From: Trypanosoma brucei
Lineage: Eukaryota
NCBI GenBank assembly: GCA_000002445.1
Contig: AE017150.2
Coordinates: 800,001 to 864,000, forward strand
Direction: 5' to 3'
Length of the DNA stretch: 64,000 bases
Positions 53,040-63,629 of the stretch are shown here, one piece after another (within the stretch, counting starts at the first letter, position 1; the number at the start of each line of letters is the position of its first letter). The notes beneath the pieces were generated by a model. The model was given only the letters and a program-made list of their open reading frames with translations, was not told the DNA's origin and did no database searches. The position numbers were made by a program, and so were the translations under genes.

Positions 53040-56000
53040 CTACACAAGTGGGGGGAGCGAGACAATGGCCGATTTGGGGGGAGCGAGTGATGCCAACATC
53101 TGCTGTAGTGATTCGACATGATCACGTATGGATTTCAATGCCTTGCGGTTTTCCTCCAACTCCCACAGCAACTCCGGTCGCTTCACACCAGCCAGTCCCG
53201 TTGGTAGAGCAACCCGACCTGGAGGGCCTTGTTTGCCGCGCTCCTCTAACATGGCGTGCCGCTTACCCTCGTCCGCCACAGTTACTGACACATTGCGGAG
53301 ATCTGCAAGTTCAGCTCGGAGTTCATGAATTTCACGGATAAGTGTAAGATTCTCCATCATCATTGCTGAAACCTCGCAGCGGTGCTGCTCCTGGTCCGCC
53401 TCACATTTGCGGCTCAGCGCCTCCACAGAAGTACTAAGGTATTCCACCTGTGATTTGAACTCGTCCTTTATCTCCTGGCCCACCTGTGCTGCCCGCTGGC
53501 CGTCTCGCGCTACCACGTGCCGTTGATACAACCGCTCAACCACGTCACGCAGCATTGCGGCATCTTGCATGGCTGGGGCAATCTCACCTATATCCCTCTT
53601 CACACGGGATTTGTATGTCTCAAAATCCTTCATGTGGCTGAGTGTTTGCTTGATTTGCTGCTGCTGCTGCGCCAGTTCGGCCTTGAGTTCCTCAATGTTC
53701 TGGCGAAGAGCAATGTTGTTCCCGTGCAGATTGTCTAGCTCAACATTTCGTTCACTAATGCGCTGGTGCTCCCGAGCAATCTCCCGTTGTCTTGGCTCCA
53801 TCTGCGACTTAAGCTGTCGGATACGATAGTCCAGAACGAACTTGTGCTTCTCCAGCTCCTGGTTCAATTTCTTTAGATCATATATTTTTCGCTCCTTCTC
53901 ACCGATAATAGCATCACGCTCATCAATATCTTGATGCAGTTGAGCCATCGTTTCATTCAACTCGCTCAACTGTTCTGTTAGCGTTGCCTTTGCGTTATCG
54001 AGCACCTGCAATTCACTGTTGTGTACGTCTGTTTCCTTTTGCATGCGAAGAGTATTTTTCCGCATAATAGCACCTTCACCCTTCATACGCAAGTACCGTT
54101 CACGGATGGCATTCAACTCCGCCTGATTTTGTTTCTCTACGTTCATAACTTCGGCATCCGTGTCAAGTTCAAGACGTTGACGCACCTCCGCGTTGTTTGC
54201 CTTTGTCCTTTGCACCTGTTGCTCGAGTTTCTGAAGCCCCTTCTCTCGCTTTGACACAACATCCTTGAAGCGGTCATGATCTTCCTCTTGATGCCGCTGG
54301 ATCTCTGCCAGTAGATCCTCTACTTCTCGTTCATACACAAACGTACTTTGATCGAGCTTGTGTTGCAGCTCAGCGCAGAGGTCCTCCAAACGCTGCACCT
54401 CTGCCTGCCCTTCGCGCTCTAATCCTTCGAGCTGTGGGGCTGACTCGCCCTCTTTTTCTAACTTAACCGCCACGAACGCCCGCTCCTGCTCCGCTTTTGC
54501 ATTAAGCAGTGCCTCATACTCTGCATCTAGTGTGTCCAGTTCATTCTTGAACTCATCCGCGCGCTCACGCAGACGGGTGTTCTGCTCGTGATTACGTCGC
54601 TTCTCGTCACTCTCAATATCTGTACGTAGTTTCTCCGTTGTGTGACGCAGACTCTCAATGGTAATGTCATGATCCTCCACTTCACTTGCGAGAACAAGCA
54701 CATCATCACTGAAGTATCCCAAGTCTCGCTGGAGCGGTCGACCATCCTCGCGGGCATCAAATATGAAGAGCGTTCCATCAGAGCTAATGGTGTAGAGGGT
54801 GCTCTCATCATGCGAAAGTACCATACGCCCCACCGGACCCATGTGCGCAACAATAGGAACTTCCTGCACACCTACCTGAAGTGGAAAAGACATAAACTTA
54901 ACGGAACCATCGTCCATACCACCAAACAGCATACGTTGTTTTGGTGCGATCAGTAGTGACGTAACTTTGCTTTCCACAAATTCGTACTCCGTGACGGCCG
55001 CGTTCGCAGCAATGTCAGAGGTAGTGTACCGGTCCATCTCGTGAAGTGTGGACTTCCACTGCACATCCATGGCAATCGACGTCGGCTCACTAACGGCCCA
55101 CAAGGTTCTATCATCGGCTGTGATATAGCGAAACTGGTGTTTTTTGTCAGCATACTCCGTTTCCTTACGCATCTCGCTTATATTCCAGTTGATGACGATC
55201 CCATCAAGTGAAGATGAAATGATCGAGTTGTCGGTTGGATATGGTGAAGTGGCGCACCACTGAAAACAGTTGATTTTCTGCGGATGACCGCGTAACTGCC
55301 CATGCACATCGCAAGTAAGTGAATTGTACAAATGAATAATATTACCGTGAGCAACGGCGAAGTAACTTCCACCAACTGAGTATTTTACGTCTGTAGTGTT
55401 GCGCAAGTTGATGACCCGCCGCTCACGCAAACCGTTCCAAAGGATGCTCAAGACACGTACCTTATCAGGAAAGCACACGACCAGGTACAGACCATTGGGA
55501 TGAATGGCTAACGCGCCGGGTTGGGAGGTGAAGTACTCACACGTTTCCAAGCGGTGGGTGCTGGTATTCCATATGCGGACGCTCTGGTCAACACCACTTG
55601 TAGCGAGATAGGGCTTCTTCACACTGCAGTCCAGGCCAATAATCCCACCAATGTGAAATGGTTGACAAACGTGCAAGACCGTGGGTGGCTCCTCCGCAGA
55701 AACCTTCGACCAATCGCTTGCAAAGTTGAAGGCGAGGATTTGTCCGCCGTGAGTCACCATTGCCACGGTTTCTTCTGTCTGATCAATACAAAGGTGCACT
55801 ACGCTGTTGTCCTTCCGGGGCTCGGGTCGTCCAGCTTCCAAGCGCAGTTGTGCTGGTCGAATTCCCTTTCCACTCACAGTTGGTGAACTTTCGGTGGTTG
55901 AGGAAATTTTACCCTGCGTTACGTCATTTATAACAAAAAGCGGTTTTGCGGGTGCGTCCTGACCTCCTTCACCTTCGGTTTGCCCATCGCTTATAATGGA

Positions 56001-57062
56001 AGCTCGCAGCTTGTTAGTCGCTACCGGCCGGGAGGCAACACCAAGATCATCACTCTTCACCTCACCTGGCTTCTCCGACGGCACAGGTACATTGTACACA
56101 ATGGCGTAGCTCTCATTTGCAGATCCGATAGTTTCATAAATGGCAACCGTACCCTGATCGCTTCCAGCAATAAAACCATTCCTTGTCGGTACAATGGCCA
56201 ACACTGCCGGATTCACAGCACCCTCGGTGGTGGAGGGTGGAACAGGAAGAATACGCCTAAAGACACCGGCTTCAATCAACAACAACTCACCATTCTGCGT
56301 CGAAGCAACTACACGATCTCTCCCAACCCAAGAATGAGTTAAAAAGTTCGACGTCCGTTCCCGCGCGAAAGATATATGAGGCTGAATCCTCAGTACGCCC
56401 TCCTGATAGCGGTAAAAATACATGAACCCGAATCCCGACACGCCGATCAGTAGCGGATCACTGGGACAAACGGTCACACATGTCACGTGAGACATCGACG
56501 TGGTGGAGCTCTGCGCGGCAGTGGTACGGGCCCCGGATGACAAAGATCCAGGAGCGGCATCACTTTCATTATGTGCTTCACATATCTCCTGCAACCCAAA
56601 ATCAGCCACTACGGATGTGGAAGCCAGAGGCTTCGACCGCTCCCAGTTCCAGAAGAACAGTCGCCACTGGGGGGCACCACCCTGCGTGACGAGGTGGCGA
56701 CCATCGGCACTGAAGTCTAGGGCGGTGAAGCGATCACCTTCAAGGTCAGGAACAGTCAACACCTTCCGCCGTTTCCGGGTAACAGTGTCAAAAACCTGAA
56801 CTTGTGGTGCTGCACCGCTTTCTGCCATGGCAATGAATTTCTTATTTGCACTTACCGCAAGCGCCGTGATGCCTCCGCTCCGCTGACTTGTTTCAAAGAA
56901 GCGCTGAGTGTTCGTATTGAGGTTGTGCATCGCGGCCGTCTTTCCGATTGGGTAGAGAAGTGTTCCCTCTTCAACCCAACAAACGCAACCAGAGACGTCA
57001 GCCTTCACGCCGAAAGCATGGCGCTTCACAAGCGTTCGATCGTGACCTTTCCTCTCCTCCAT
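53040..57062 (-). CDS. WD40-repeat plus long coiled-coil protein, CFAP57/WDR65-like (cilia/flagella-associated)
   Basis: The N-terminus HAFGVKADVSGCVCWVEEGTLLYPIGKTAAMHNLNTNTQRFFETSQRSGGITALAVSANKKFIAMAE follows the CFAP57 N-terminal pattern (H.FG.K.DV.G.VC...E.T...P.G......N..T...QRF...S..S...TALA.S.N.....AE). Multiple WD-like repeats span the first ~800 aa, and a ~500-aa heptad-rich coiled coil follows. Confidence 0.65.
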   Translation of the reverse strand: MEERKGHDRTLVKRHAFGVKADVSGCVCWVEEGTLLYPIGKTAAMHNLNTNTQRFFETSQRSGGITALAVSANKKFIAMAESGAAPQVQVFDTVTRKRRKVLTVPDLEGDRFTALDFSADGRHLVTQGGAPQWRLFFWNWERSKPLASTSVVADFGLQEICEAHNESDAAPGSLSSGARTTAAQSSTTSMSHVTCVTVCPSDPLLIGVSGFGFMYFYRYQEGVLRIQPHISFARERTSNFLTHSWVGRDRVVASTQNGELLLIEAGVFRRILPVPPSTTEGAVNPAVLAIVPTRNGFIAGSDQGTVAIYETIGSANESYAIVYNVPVPSEKPGEVKSDDLGVASRPVATNKLRASIISDGQTEGEGGQDAPAKPLFVINDVTQGKISSTTESSPTVSGKGIRPAQLRLEAGRPEPRKDNSVVHLCIDQTEETVAMVTHGGQILAFNFASDWSKVSAEEPPTVLHVCQPFHIGGIIGLDCSVKKPYLATSGVDQSVRIWNTSTHRLETCEYFTSQPGALAIHPNGLYLVVCFPDKVRVLSILWNGLRERRVINLRNTTDVKYSVGGSYFAVAHGNIIHLYNSLTCDVHGQLRGHPQKINCFQWCATSPYPTDNSIISSSLDGIVINWNISEMRKETEYADKKHQFRYITADDRTLWAVSEPTSIAMDVQWKSTLHEMDRYTTSDIAANAAVTEYEFVESKVTSLLIAPKQRMLFGGMDDGSVKFMSFPLQVGVQEVPIVAHMGPVGRMVLSHDESTLYTISSDGTLFIFDAREDGRPLQRDLGYFSDDVLVLASEVEDHDITIESLRHTTEKLRTDIESDEKRRNHEQNTRLRERADEFKNELDTLDAEYEALLNAKAEQERAFVAVKLEKEGESAPQLEGLEREGQAEVQRLEDLCAELQHKLDQSTFVYEREVEDLLAEIQRHQEEDHDRFKDVVSKREKGLQKLEQQVQRTKANNAEVRQRLELDTDAEVMNVEKQNQAELNAIRERYLRMKGEGAIMRKNTLRMQKETDVHNSELQVLDNAKATLTEQLSELNETMAQLHQDIDERDAIIGEKERKIYDLKKLNQELEKHKFVLDYRIRQLKSQMEPRQREIAREHQRISERNVELDNLHGNNIALRQNIEELKAELAQQQQQIKQTLSHMKDFETYKSRVKRDIGEIAPAMQDAAMLRDVVERLYQRHVVARDGQRAAQVGQEIKDEFKSQVEYLSTSVEALSRKCEADQEQHRCEVSAMMMENLTLIREIHELRAELADLRNVSVTVADEGKRHAMLEERGKQGPPGRVALPTGLAGVKRPELLWELEENRKALKSIRDHVESLQQMLASLAPPKSAIVSLPPLV

Positions 57063-58278
57063 TTTGTAAACCTAATATATGTTTACGCTATATGCTTGTG
57101 GGTAAGGATGAGACAAGTTGAGTTTCTCTCCTTCAGCTGAAAAAGACCAACACGGCCCACTCCTGAGTCCCAGGCTCCTTTTTCTGCTCTCTAATTTTTG
57201 TACTGATTTTAACTTGCAGGGGACGCATCAAAGAGGGAAGCAGAGATAGATTAAAAACACACGGTAGAGAAGGTCCAATGGGGCAAAAACATTGTGCAAT
57301 GGCAACAAAAACACCGGCAACATCACGCGAAGCGATGTCCGTTTGTGACTAGTAGGAGAGAACCCTTCGTCTTATCTCTTATCCGTCAAACACCCTGCAT
57401 ACACTAACAGAAATGACGATATATCATTCTGCTCTTCGTTGTTCCAGCACCAGATTTGAATTATAAATTACCACATCTCAAACATGTTAGCGTCTTCATC
57501 CATCTTTCTCAGTGGTTGCTGGTTCAAATAATCTGTGAGCCGGCGGGAACAGGCGGCCCATTAGCCATTACCAGTTTCTTTAACCGCTCATTCCCCTTCC
57601 CCCCTCAGAAAAGGAAAAAAAGAATCAGCACACTACCAACTGCATGATTACGATCTAAGTGACAAACCAGTGGTACACCAGCAACCAGAAACCTCTCCGG
57701 AAATGGCGGTACCACGTCCCGTATTGTGGAGGAAGAGAACGCTTAACTCAAAAAGGATGAAAGCAACCTCATTGAGTGGTAGCATTACTGTGTTAAAGGT
57801 AGAAACAAACGAAACCGAAAGAATCATTGTTCATGGAAAGGTTTACGACAATGACTAGGCATGTACGAGGCACACGCGCATATTGCATACAGTTGGCTTG
57901 CATACGGGTGTGATGGCTACAGTGCCTTTAAAAGAAAAAGAGAGTTAATGCACACGGTGCGATACCAGAACGTCACTTCCCCCTCTTATGGTTGGAATGT
58001 ACCATTTCACTTTCCACCTTCGTCTAACGCCATGAGCAACGAGCTCCACCATCATAACTACTTCGTTTTCCCTCCCCTCCCCATAGGCACAACCTGCAAG
58101 ACACCGTGACACATACACACCCGAGTCCCCAAAAAGCAACCTTCTTAGCGGCATTGCTACTGTCCAAGCACACACACTACGAACATTTTCCCGACCCCTC
58201 TATTTTCTGCTGATGTCACGCCCGCTTTCTCCAACGCAACACTGCAAAAATGCACACACGAATAGAGCTACGTGGCAC

Positions 58279-59289
58279 TCAAGAAGCGCTACTGTGCTTG
58301 TACTTCTCACCAATGAAGTAAAACACCCCACGCGCCAACTCATCAGGCAGCTGCCGGAAGGCCAAATGGCACGGTATTTCCTTGATGTCCTTGTTGCGCC
58401 GCTTCGCATCCGCGAGGTACTCCTTCACAGGCAGTCCTGACTCATGTAAATCTTGAATAATCGCCTTGAGTGTACGCAGCGCATTGTCGTTCGATGGGTA
58501 GTCCTTCCCCGTATCCATATACTCAGCACGAATAAAGTCATCTACAAGGATGGCATTAGCATTGCAATTTCGGACGCTCAGCGGCCGGTTTTCAACGATA
58601 AGTGTGTCCTCCAGCGGGCGTTTCAACCATAAAATGTTCTTCTCGTAATAGTTGTCACCCGTAAACCAATCTCTGTTGCGGACGATACATTGCGACACCC
58701 GTATACCCGACGGGTCGATCACGTTCAGCACCTGTTGCATGTACCGTTCGCTGCATGCTGACCACAGCACAACCTCCGCATCTATGAACGAAAGATAATC
58801 CAACAACTCCGCCAAGTAGGGTCGTGGTACCAAACCAGCCTTCATGCGGAACGCCTTGTCCCCGTACGATACAATTGTCTCATCAACATCCAGTACGACG
58901 GTGAGCCGACTTCGATAGTTTTTTTTCTTCGGGCCTATAAGCCCTAATAATCTCTTCTGCTTCTCCTGCAACGACCACAACTTCGAGCCAGCCAACATAA
59001 TTGCCACAAGGGTGGCCAACACGTAATAGCGAGCCCCACGATCATACATCATGCGTACCCAGTACTCTTTCATCCGCTTTGCACCATAGAAGCGATCGTC
59101 CGTGTAATCCTTCCACGCATTCTCCTTATTGGCATACATGTGAATAGGAGAGGCACTACGTGTAAAAATGTGTGCATCCGTATTTGTCCCTCCTTTTGTG
59201 CTGGTGCCCTGCGGGAAGGCCGACTGCCACTGACGACCCAATACGCCGGGCGCGCTGCGGGAAAGCCGGTGCAGACAGCGGCCATACAT
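58279..59289 (-). CDS. NIF/FCP1-like HAD-family phosphatase (CTD small phosphatase-like), possibly a TIM50-type protein, with an N-terminal TM segment
   Basis: The catalytic DxDxT motif sits in LTVVLDVDETIVSY, and the NIF domain continues (VPRPYLAELLDYLSFIDAEVVLWSACSERYMQQVLNVIDPSG...LEDTLIVENRPLS...NAILVDDF). A hydrophobic helix YVLATLVAIMLAGSKLW lies before the domain. Confidence 0.75.
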   Translation of the reverse strand: MYGRCLHRLSRSAPGVLGRQWQSAFPQGTSTKGGTNTDAHIFTRSASPIHMYANKENAWKDYTDDRFYGAKRMKEYWVRMMYDRGARYYVLATLVAIMLAGSKLWSLQEKQKRLLGLIGPKKKNYRSRLTVVLDVDETIVSYGDKAFRMKAGLVPRPYLAELLDYLSFIDAEVVLWSACSERYMQQVLNVIDPSGIRVSQCIVRNRDWFTGDNYYEKNILWLKRPLEDTLIVENRPLSVRNCNANAILVDDFIRAEYMDTGKDYPSNDNALRTLKAIIQDLHESGLPVKEYLADAKRRNKDIKEIPCHLAFRQLPDELARGVFYFIGEKYKHSSAS

Positions 59290-59869
59290 GGCTGTAGCCG
59301 GAGGTCGTTAGCAACTTTGTGTAGTGACAGAGTAGCCTCTCTTCACCGCCTTCCCTCCCTTCCTTTTTAGAGGGTGGTAAATCATCAGGCGGTAAATAAT
59401 AATAATAAGAACGAATAAAAAAGTCAAGATACAGAATAACGTTTGTACGTGCTCACACGTGTGTGACAGGGAGGAAAAATGTATTCTCTATAATAATTTA
59501 ACTACTCCAGAAGACGGACGACCCTTCAAAATCAGCCTCCGCGCACGCACGCTACCAACAACAAACTTTCGTGCAAATGATGCGGCGTGTACTTTAACAC
59601 ACAGACACACACCAACTTTTGGCGGCATTTGCAGGAAAGAAGGAAAACTAATGAACTTCACACATATATGCACAACAAAAGTGGAAATCAGCAGCTCAAA
59701 CAACAGCCCCAATGCCCTCACTCAAGAGGACAAAGCACTTTTTCATTACCGCGGGGAAGTAAGCCCACCAGTTTGAAGGGTGCGGATCTGAATGAGTAAT
59801 AAAGAATATATATATGTATATATAAGTAATGGATTGATATCGCTTGGCCTACCACTTTCTACAACCGCC

Positions 59870-60310
59870 TCAATCGACATGAACCCGACCAGTCTGACTC
59901 CTCCACCGCACCGCCAGGGCAAACGTGATAAAGTTGATCGCATACATTGAGCAGCAAACCACACATAAATCTTTCAAAATAAACACCAAAACAAATAGCA
60001 ACACAACCGATAAGACACAGCTACACGCACTTAACCACAATAAGAGAAGAGAACACCTGCATGCCATCAACTCTATCATATAGAAAGCGATACCCAACAA
60101 TGCGTTTGACACTTCCGGTAATCCAACCAGCCGGGAAATGGAGCGGTACTCGGAGGTGAAAACACGGGTGCATGAAAACATCCCGACATCGCAGTAGGCA
60201 CGGTACGTATCACCATATCTTTGCGCCCTATTTGCTTGCAACTCCACGTAGTAAGCATAGCATGACAACAATAAGTTGGTCATGATGAGGAAAGGCGGAA
60301 GAAGTAGCAT
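59870..60310 (-). CDS. VKOR: Vitamin K epoxide reductase (VKOR) family protein
   Basis: The loop cysteine pair and flanking residues CDVGMFSCTRVFTSEY (human VKORC1: CDVGTAISCSRVFSS) are present. The active-site CxxC plus TYA motif reads CVVCCSMYAINF (human: CIVCITTYAINV). Four hydrophobic helices fill a 146-aa protein. Confidence 0.7.
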   Translation of the reverse strand: MLLLPPFLIMTNLLLSCYAYYVELQANRAQRYGDTYRAYCDVGMFSCTRVFTSEYRSISRLVGLPEVSNALLGIAFYMIELMACRCSLLLLWLSACSCVLSVVLLFVLVFILKDLCVVCCSMYAINFITFALAVRWRSQTGRVHVD

Positions 60311-61374
60311 TGTGAAGTTTGTGCAGAATCAGTTACAGCAGCTCTATGCTCCGGCGAACCTTTCGTTTACTTTGTTCCGCTCACAACCTTTCGATTAATG
60401 TACAACTGCAAACGTTTCCTCACCACACCTTCTCCTTCGGTTTCAGTTTTCGTTCAGTTTAATGCCTTCAGTTTCTTATCGTGATACCACTTCACTTTTA
60501 TGTGATTACAACACACACACAAGCATGCGAATGACACCGATAGAGCTTCGATCGCTTTAGAGATTACCTAAACCAACGAACAGTCAGATAAAATTGAGGG
60601 TGAAGGCGCTAAAAAAAAAAAAGAACGTAGCAAAGGAGATTTATGGCAACAACCACGTCACACAAGTAGGGTAACCAGAGAGAAAAAAAAGAACAAAGCA
60701 CAGAGCAGGAAAGACGCAAAACGAATGGCAAAAAAAAAACATATTGTGACCAATGGTACTGAGGCAGACAACAATTATTAACGTTTAAAGGGAAGGAAAA
60801 CGCTAACATATCCGTGCGACATTGACGCCACCCCCATGTTGTACAGCTCTCATGCGCGCATACCCTTCACTTGAATTCTTCACGGCAGGTTGTCACCACC
60901 TACACACACACATAGTCGCTTAGGAGCGTACGCATGACACCAGCTCTAAAAAAGAAAAACGCTTCCCACACATGTGAAAGTGCACAGAGGTACCGATCTC
61001 ACGACGGCAAGAGGGCAGGACGCAAACAATCATCAGGATATTGGAAGGAGTACACAACAGCAACTGCAACGTCCCCTTAGCAGTGTAGTGGGAGAATGGA
61101 TGGGAAGAAGCGGTATGCAAATAAACAGTAAAGACGTAAATAGAAAACAGGCGACATCCACACCGGTGACCGTGGCAGAGTTTCACGTTTTCTGTGGACG
61201 GCTTGACCGCCCCTTCGATTACCTCACTTCATTTTCCTTTATGTCACTACCGTCGGCATTTCCCTCCCCAGTGGTTACGGTATGGAAGCGCTCCATGAAT
61301 TCTTCTACCCTACTTTTTGTCCATGCATTTCCCTGCGGGACAATGCCCTCATCACTACCACTGGGCGCACACGG

Positions 61375-62133
61375 TTATTCGCATTCCTCCTGCTTACAGT
61401 TAACTGCACGTAGGATGCGCTCACCGAGGAGTTCCTTGTCCAGCAGGCCATCTTCGCCTATGCAGCCCTCAAAACCGTAAATACGGTCGACTGCAACGTC
61501 GTTATGAAATAGCACGCAGCAAGGCAACGTTTTAATATGCAACCGCTCAACAAGAAAGGGTGATTTCTCTGCGTCGATCTTCACAAACTTCACGCTTAAC
61601 ATCATCCGCGAAAGTTCAAGCAGGCGGCTGTCCATTACACGGCATGTTTCAAAGTCCTTGTGATAGAAGTGCACGCAGACGTCATCACTCCCGCCCTTCT
61701 CTCGCACAACAATGCTAAAGAACTCATCTTGCGATATCTCACGGTATTGTCCATGTTGCTTCTGCCGCCACTCTGCCACCTTTGCGTGATGTTGCTGCAT
61801 TTGGGCCATGCGTCGCTTGCGGAGCTCCTCCAACTCCCCATCATCGTCGCTGTCATTTCTGTCTTCTATGTGCGTCTGACCGCGTTCCTTTCGTTCTTTT
61901 TCCTTTTCTGCCGCTGGATCGTACGCGGGGAGTCCGACCTTGCCATTGTTGTTATTACCTTTATTCATCATGGCCTCCACCTGACGACGGTGTGTTGGTA
62001 CCACGTCATTGAGGTCACGGTTGCGGATGTACTCTTTCGTGTTCATTTCCTCAATGGCGCTTGTCAGGTTCTGGTTCGCCTTGAGGTTTGAGGCCTCATT
62101 GACCACACCGCTGCTTTTTCCTGAGCCGAGCAT
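61375..62133 (-). CDS. Phosducin-like protein 3 / TXNDC9-like thioredoxin-fold protein
   Basis: The C-terminal thioredoxin-like domain VCVHFYHKDFETCRVMDSRLLELSRMMLSVKFVKIDAEKSPFLVERLHIKTLPCCVLFHNDVAVDRIYGFEG matches the PhLP3 pattern (V.HFY...F.RCKI.D.HL..L......TKF.K...EK.PFL.ERL.IK..P). The N-terminal half is charged and helical. Confidence 0.75.
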   Translation of the reverse strand: MLGSGKSSGVVNEASNLKANQNLTSAIEEMNTKEYIRNRDLNDVVPTHRRQVEAMMNKGNNNNGKVGLPAYDPAAEKEKERKERGQTHIEDRNDSDDDGELEELRKRRMAQMQQHHAKVAEWRQKQHGQYREISQDEFFSIVVREKGGSDDVCVHFYHKDFETCRVMDSRLLELSRMMLSVKFVKIDAEKSPFLVERLHIKTLPCCVLFHNDVAVDRIYGFEGCIGEDGLLDKELLGERILRAVNCKQEECE

Positions 62134-62653
62134 AGCCTTCGCCGAAACCGAGATTTCAGTTGTAACTGCGGTCTAATGCTTCACAACGAGACTCCTTCTT
62201 GTTCCTTCTCGTCCTTGATCACGAAGGATTGCTTTCTTTCTTTCAAGACCCTCCTCACTTTTCACAATATTTCCTTATCTGCTGTAGCGGCGGTTATGTC
62301 ACTCCCCTACAGTGAGTACGTGAGGCGTTGCAAATTCACCCCAAACCAGTTTGCACAAGCGGGCACAAAATAATGACAGCAGGAATAATGCAAAGGATAG
62401 GAAAAAAAAAATAATGCACACAGCAATAGCGCCCATCAGTCCGTCAGGGATATGAACTTAGCAGTAGAGGCCTAAGTCATAAATAAAAAAGAAAGTTCCC
62501 TCCCGATAACACCAACAGCGAAGGGAAACTAACACCGAAGTCTCGTAAACAAGGGAGAAAAATGAGTAGTGAATGAGAGCCACATAAAGCCCTGCTGTGG
62601 GGCGTAAGTTGTATTTTAAATCTTTTCTTAAAAAAATCTGCGCAACAAATTGG

Positions 62654-63562
62654 TCACGCAACACCCAAATCACGCTGGTATTTCTTCAACTGCTGCCGGA
62701 ATCCCGCATTTGGGGAGGCAACAGGCCGTTTACGCTGGATAAGTGCGATTACACTGTCCGCTGGCATACGCAACTTTCTAATAAGATATGCGGCAGCAAT
62801 TGTTGGAGCACGGGATATACCGGCCCCGCAATGTACAAGCACAGAGGAGCATTGCCCCACAATCGCTGACTCAATAAAGTTATACGTCTTCTCGAAAAAA
62901 ATTGAAATGTTGTAATTAGGTGCATCCTGCGCAGGGACCGTCATGTATTTGAAATCATTGGGGAATCGTGGAAGTACATCAATACAACAAAGTATATGCG
63001 TCACTCCTCGCTGCTGCAGAAGAATTTTGTTTGACGCTGGGTGATAGGAACCAATAAATAAACCTGGCACAACCTCATGCATGCTCTGCACTTGGTACAT
63101 GTTGCCCTGCAGGAAGAGCGGTTGTTCAGCACCAGGGGAGAGCGGAATTTTTGTACCACACTCCCATAGCGCATTCACTTCAGCAGCCCTATCCGCATAG
63201 GCCTCTAGCATAACATTCCGAAGATCTGAACGCGTGCTTTCTACTAAATCCAACTGCACAGGTACGTTAGTGACAGCCATACGATATCGCTCTAATGCCT
63301 GGTCGACAGTGGATGATAAAAGAGCATTAGAGGAATCCAATGCGCCCTTTTTCGCAGCCATTGAACGTTCTTCACCCACACTAATATTGCAACTAACAGA
63401 TGGCACGGCTTCTGAAGAACTGTGTTGCGAAATAAAGCGTATAACCGCAAAAACCTTTTCAACATCAACCATCGAAACCCCGAATCCCTTTCCAAGCTCA
63501 GGAGACGTTCCGGACACCCCCGGTCGCTGGCGGTTCATTGCAGATGCACCCCGTCTCACCAT
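62654..63562 (-). CDS. Dual-specificity protein phosphatase
   Basis: The catalytic signature VLVHCGAGISRAPTIAAAYLI (HCxxGxxR P-loop) is present, with an upstream general-acid region (ILCCIDVLPRFPNDFKYMTVPAQDAP). Confidence 0.8.
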   Translation of the reverse strand: MVRRGASAMNRQRPGVSGTSPELGKGFGVSMVDVEKVFAVIRFISQHSSSEAVPSVSCNISVGEERSMAAKKGALDSSNALLSSTVDQALERYRMAVTNVPVQLDLVESTRSDLRNVMLEAYADRAAEVNALWECGTKIPLSPGAEQPLFLQGNMYQVQSMHEVVPGLFIGSYHPASNKILLQQRGVTHILCCIDVLPRFPNDFKYMTVPAQDAPNYNISIFFEKTYNFIESAIVGQCSSVLVHCGAGISRAPTIAAAYLIRKLRMPADSVIALIQRKRPVASPNAGFRQQLKKYQRDLGVA

Positions 63563-63629
63563 ACTTAAACTGATAAAAAAACAGCCTTAACTACAAAAGG
63601 GATATGCCTAAAAAAAACCTAAATAAAAG

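Noticed and set aside
15788-57062. Co-occurrence of cilium/flagellum-related genes (UNC119, CFAP57-like, possible AK7-like) that might suggest a functional flagellar gene cluster or operon
   Set aside because: Kinetoplastid polycistrons are not functionally organised operons. Many trypanosome genes are flagellar, so three such genes among ~27 is unremarkable.
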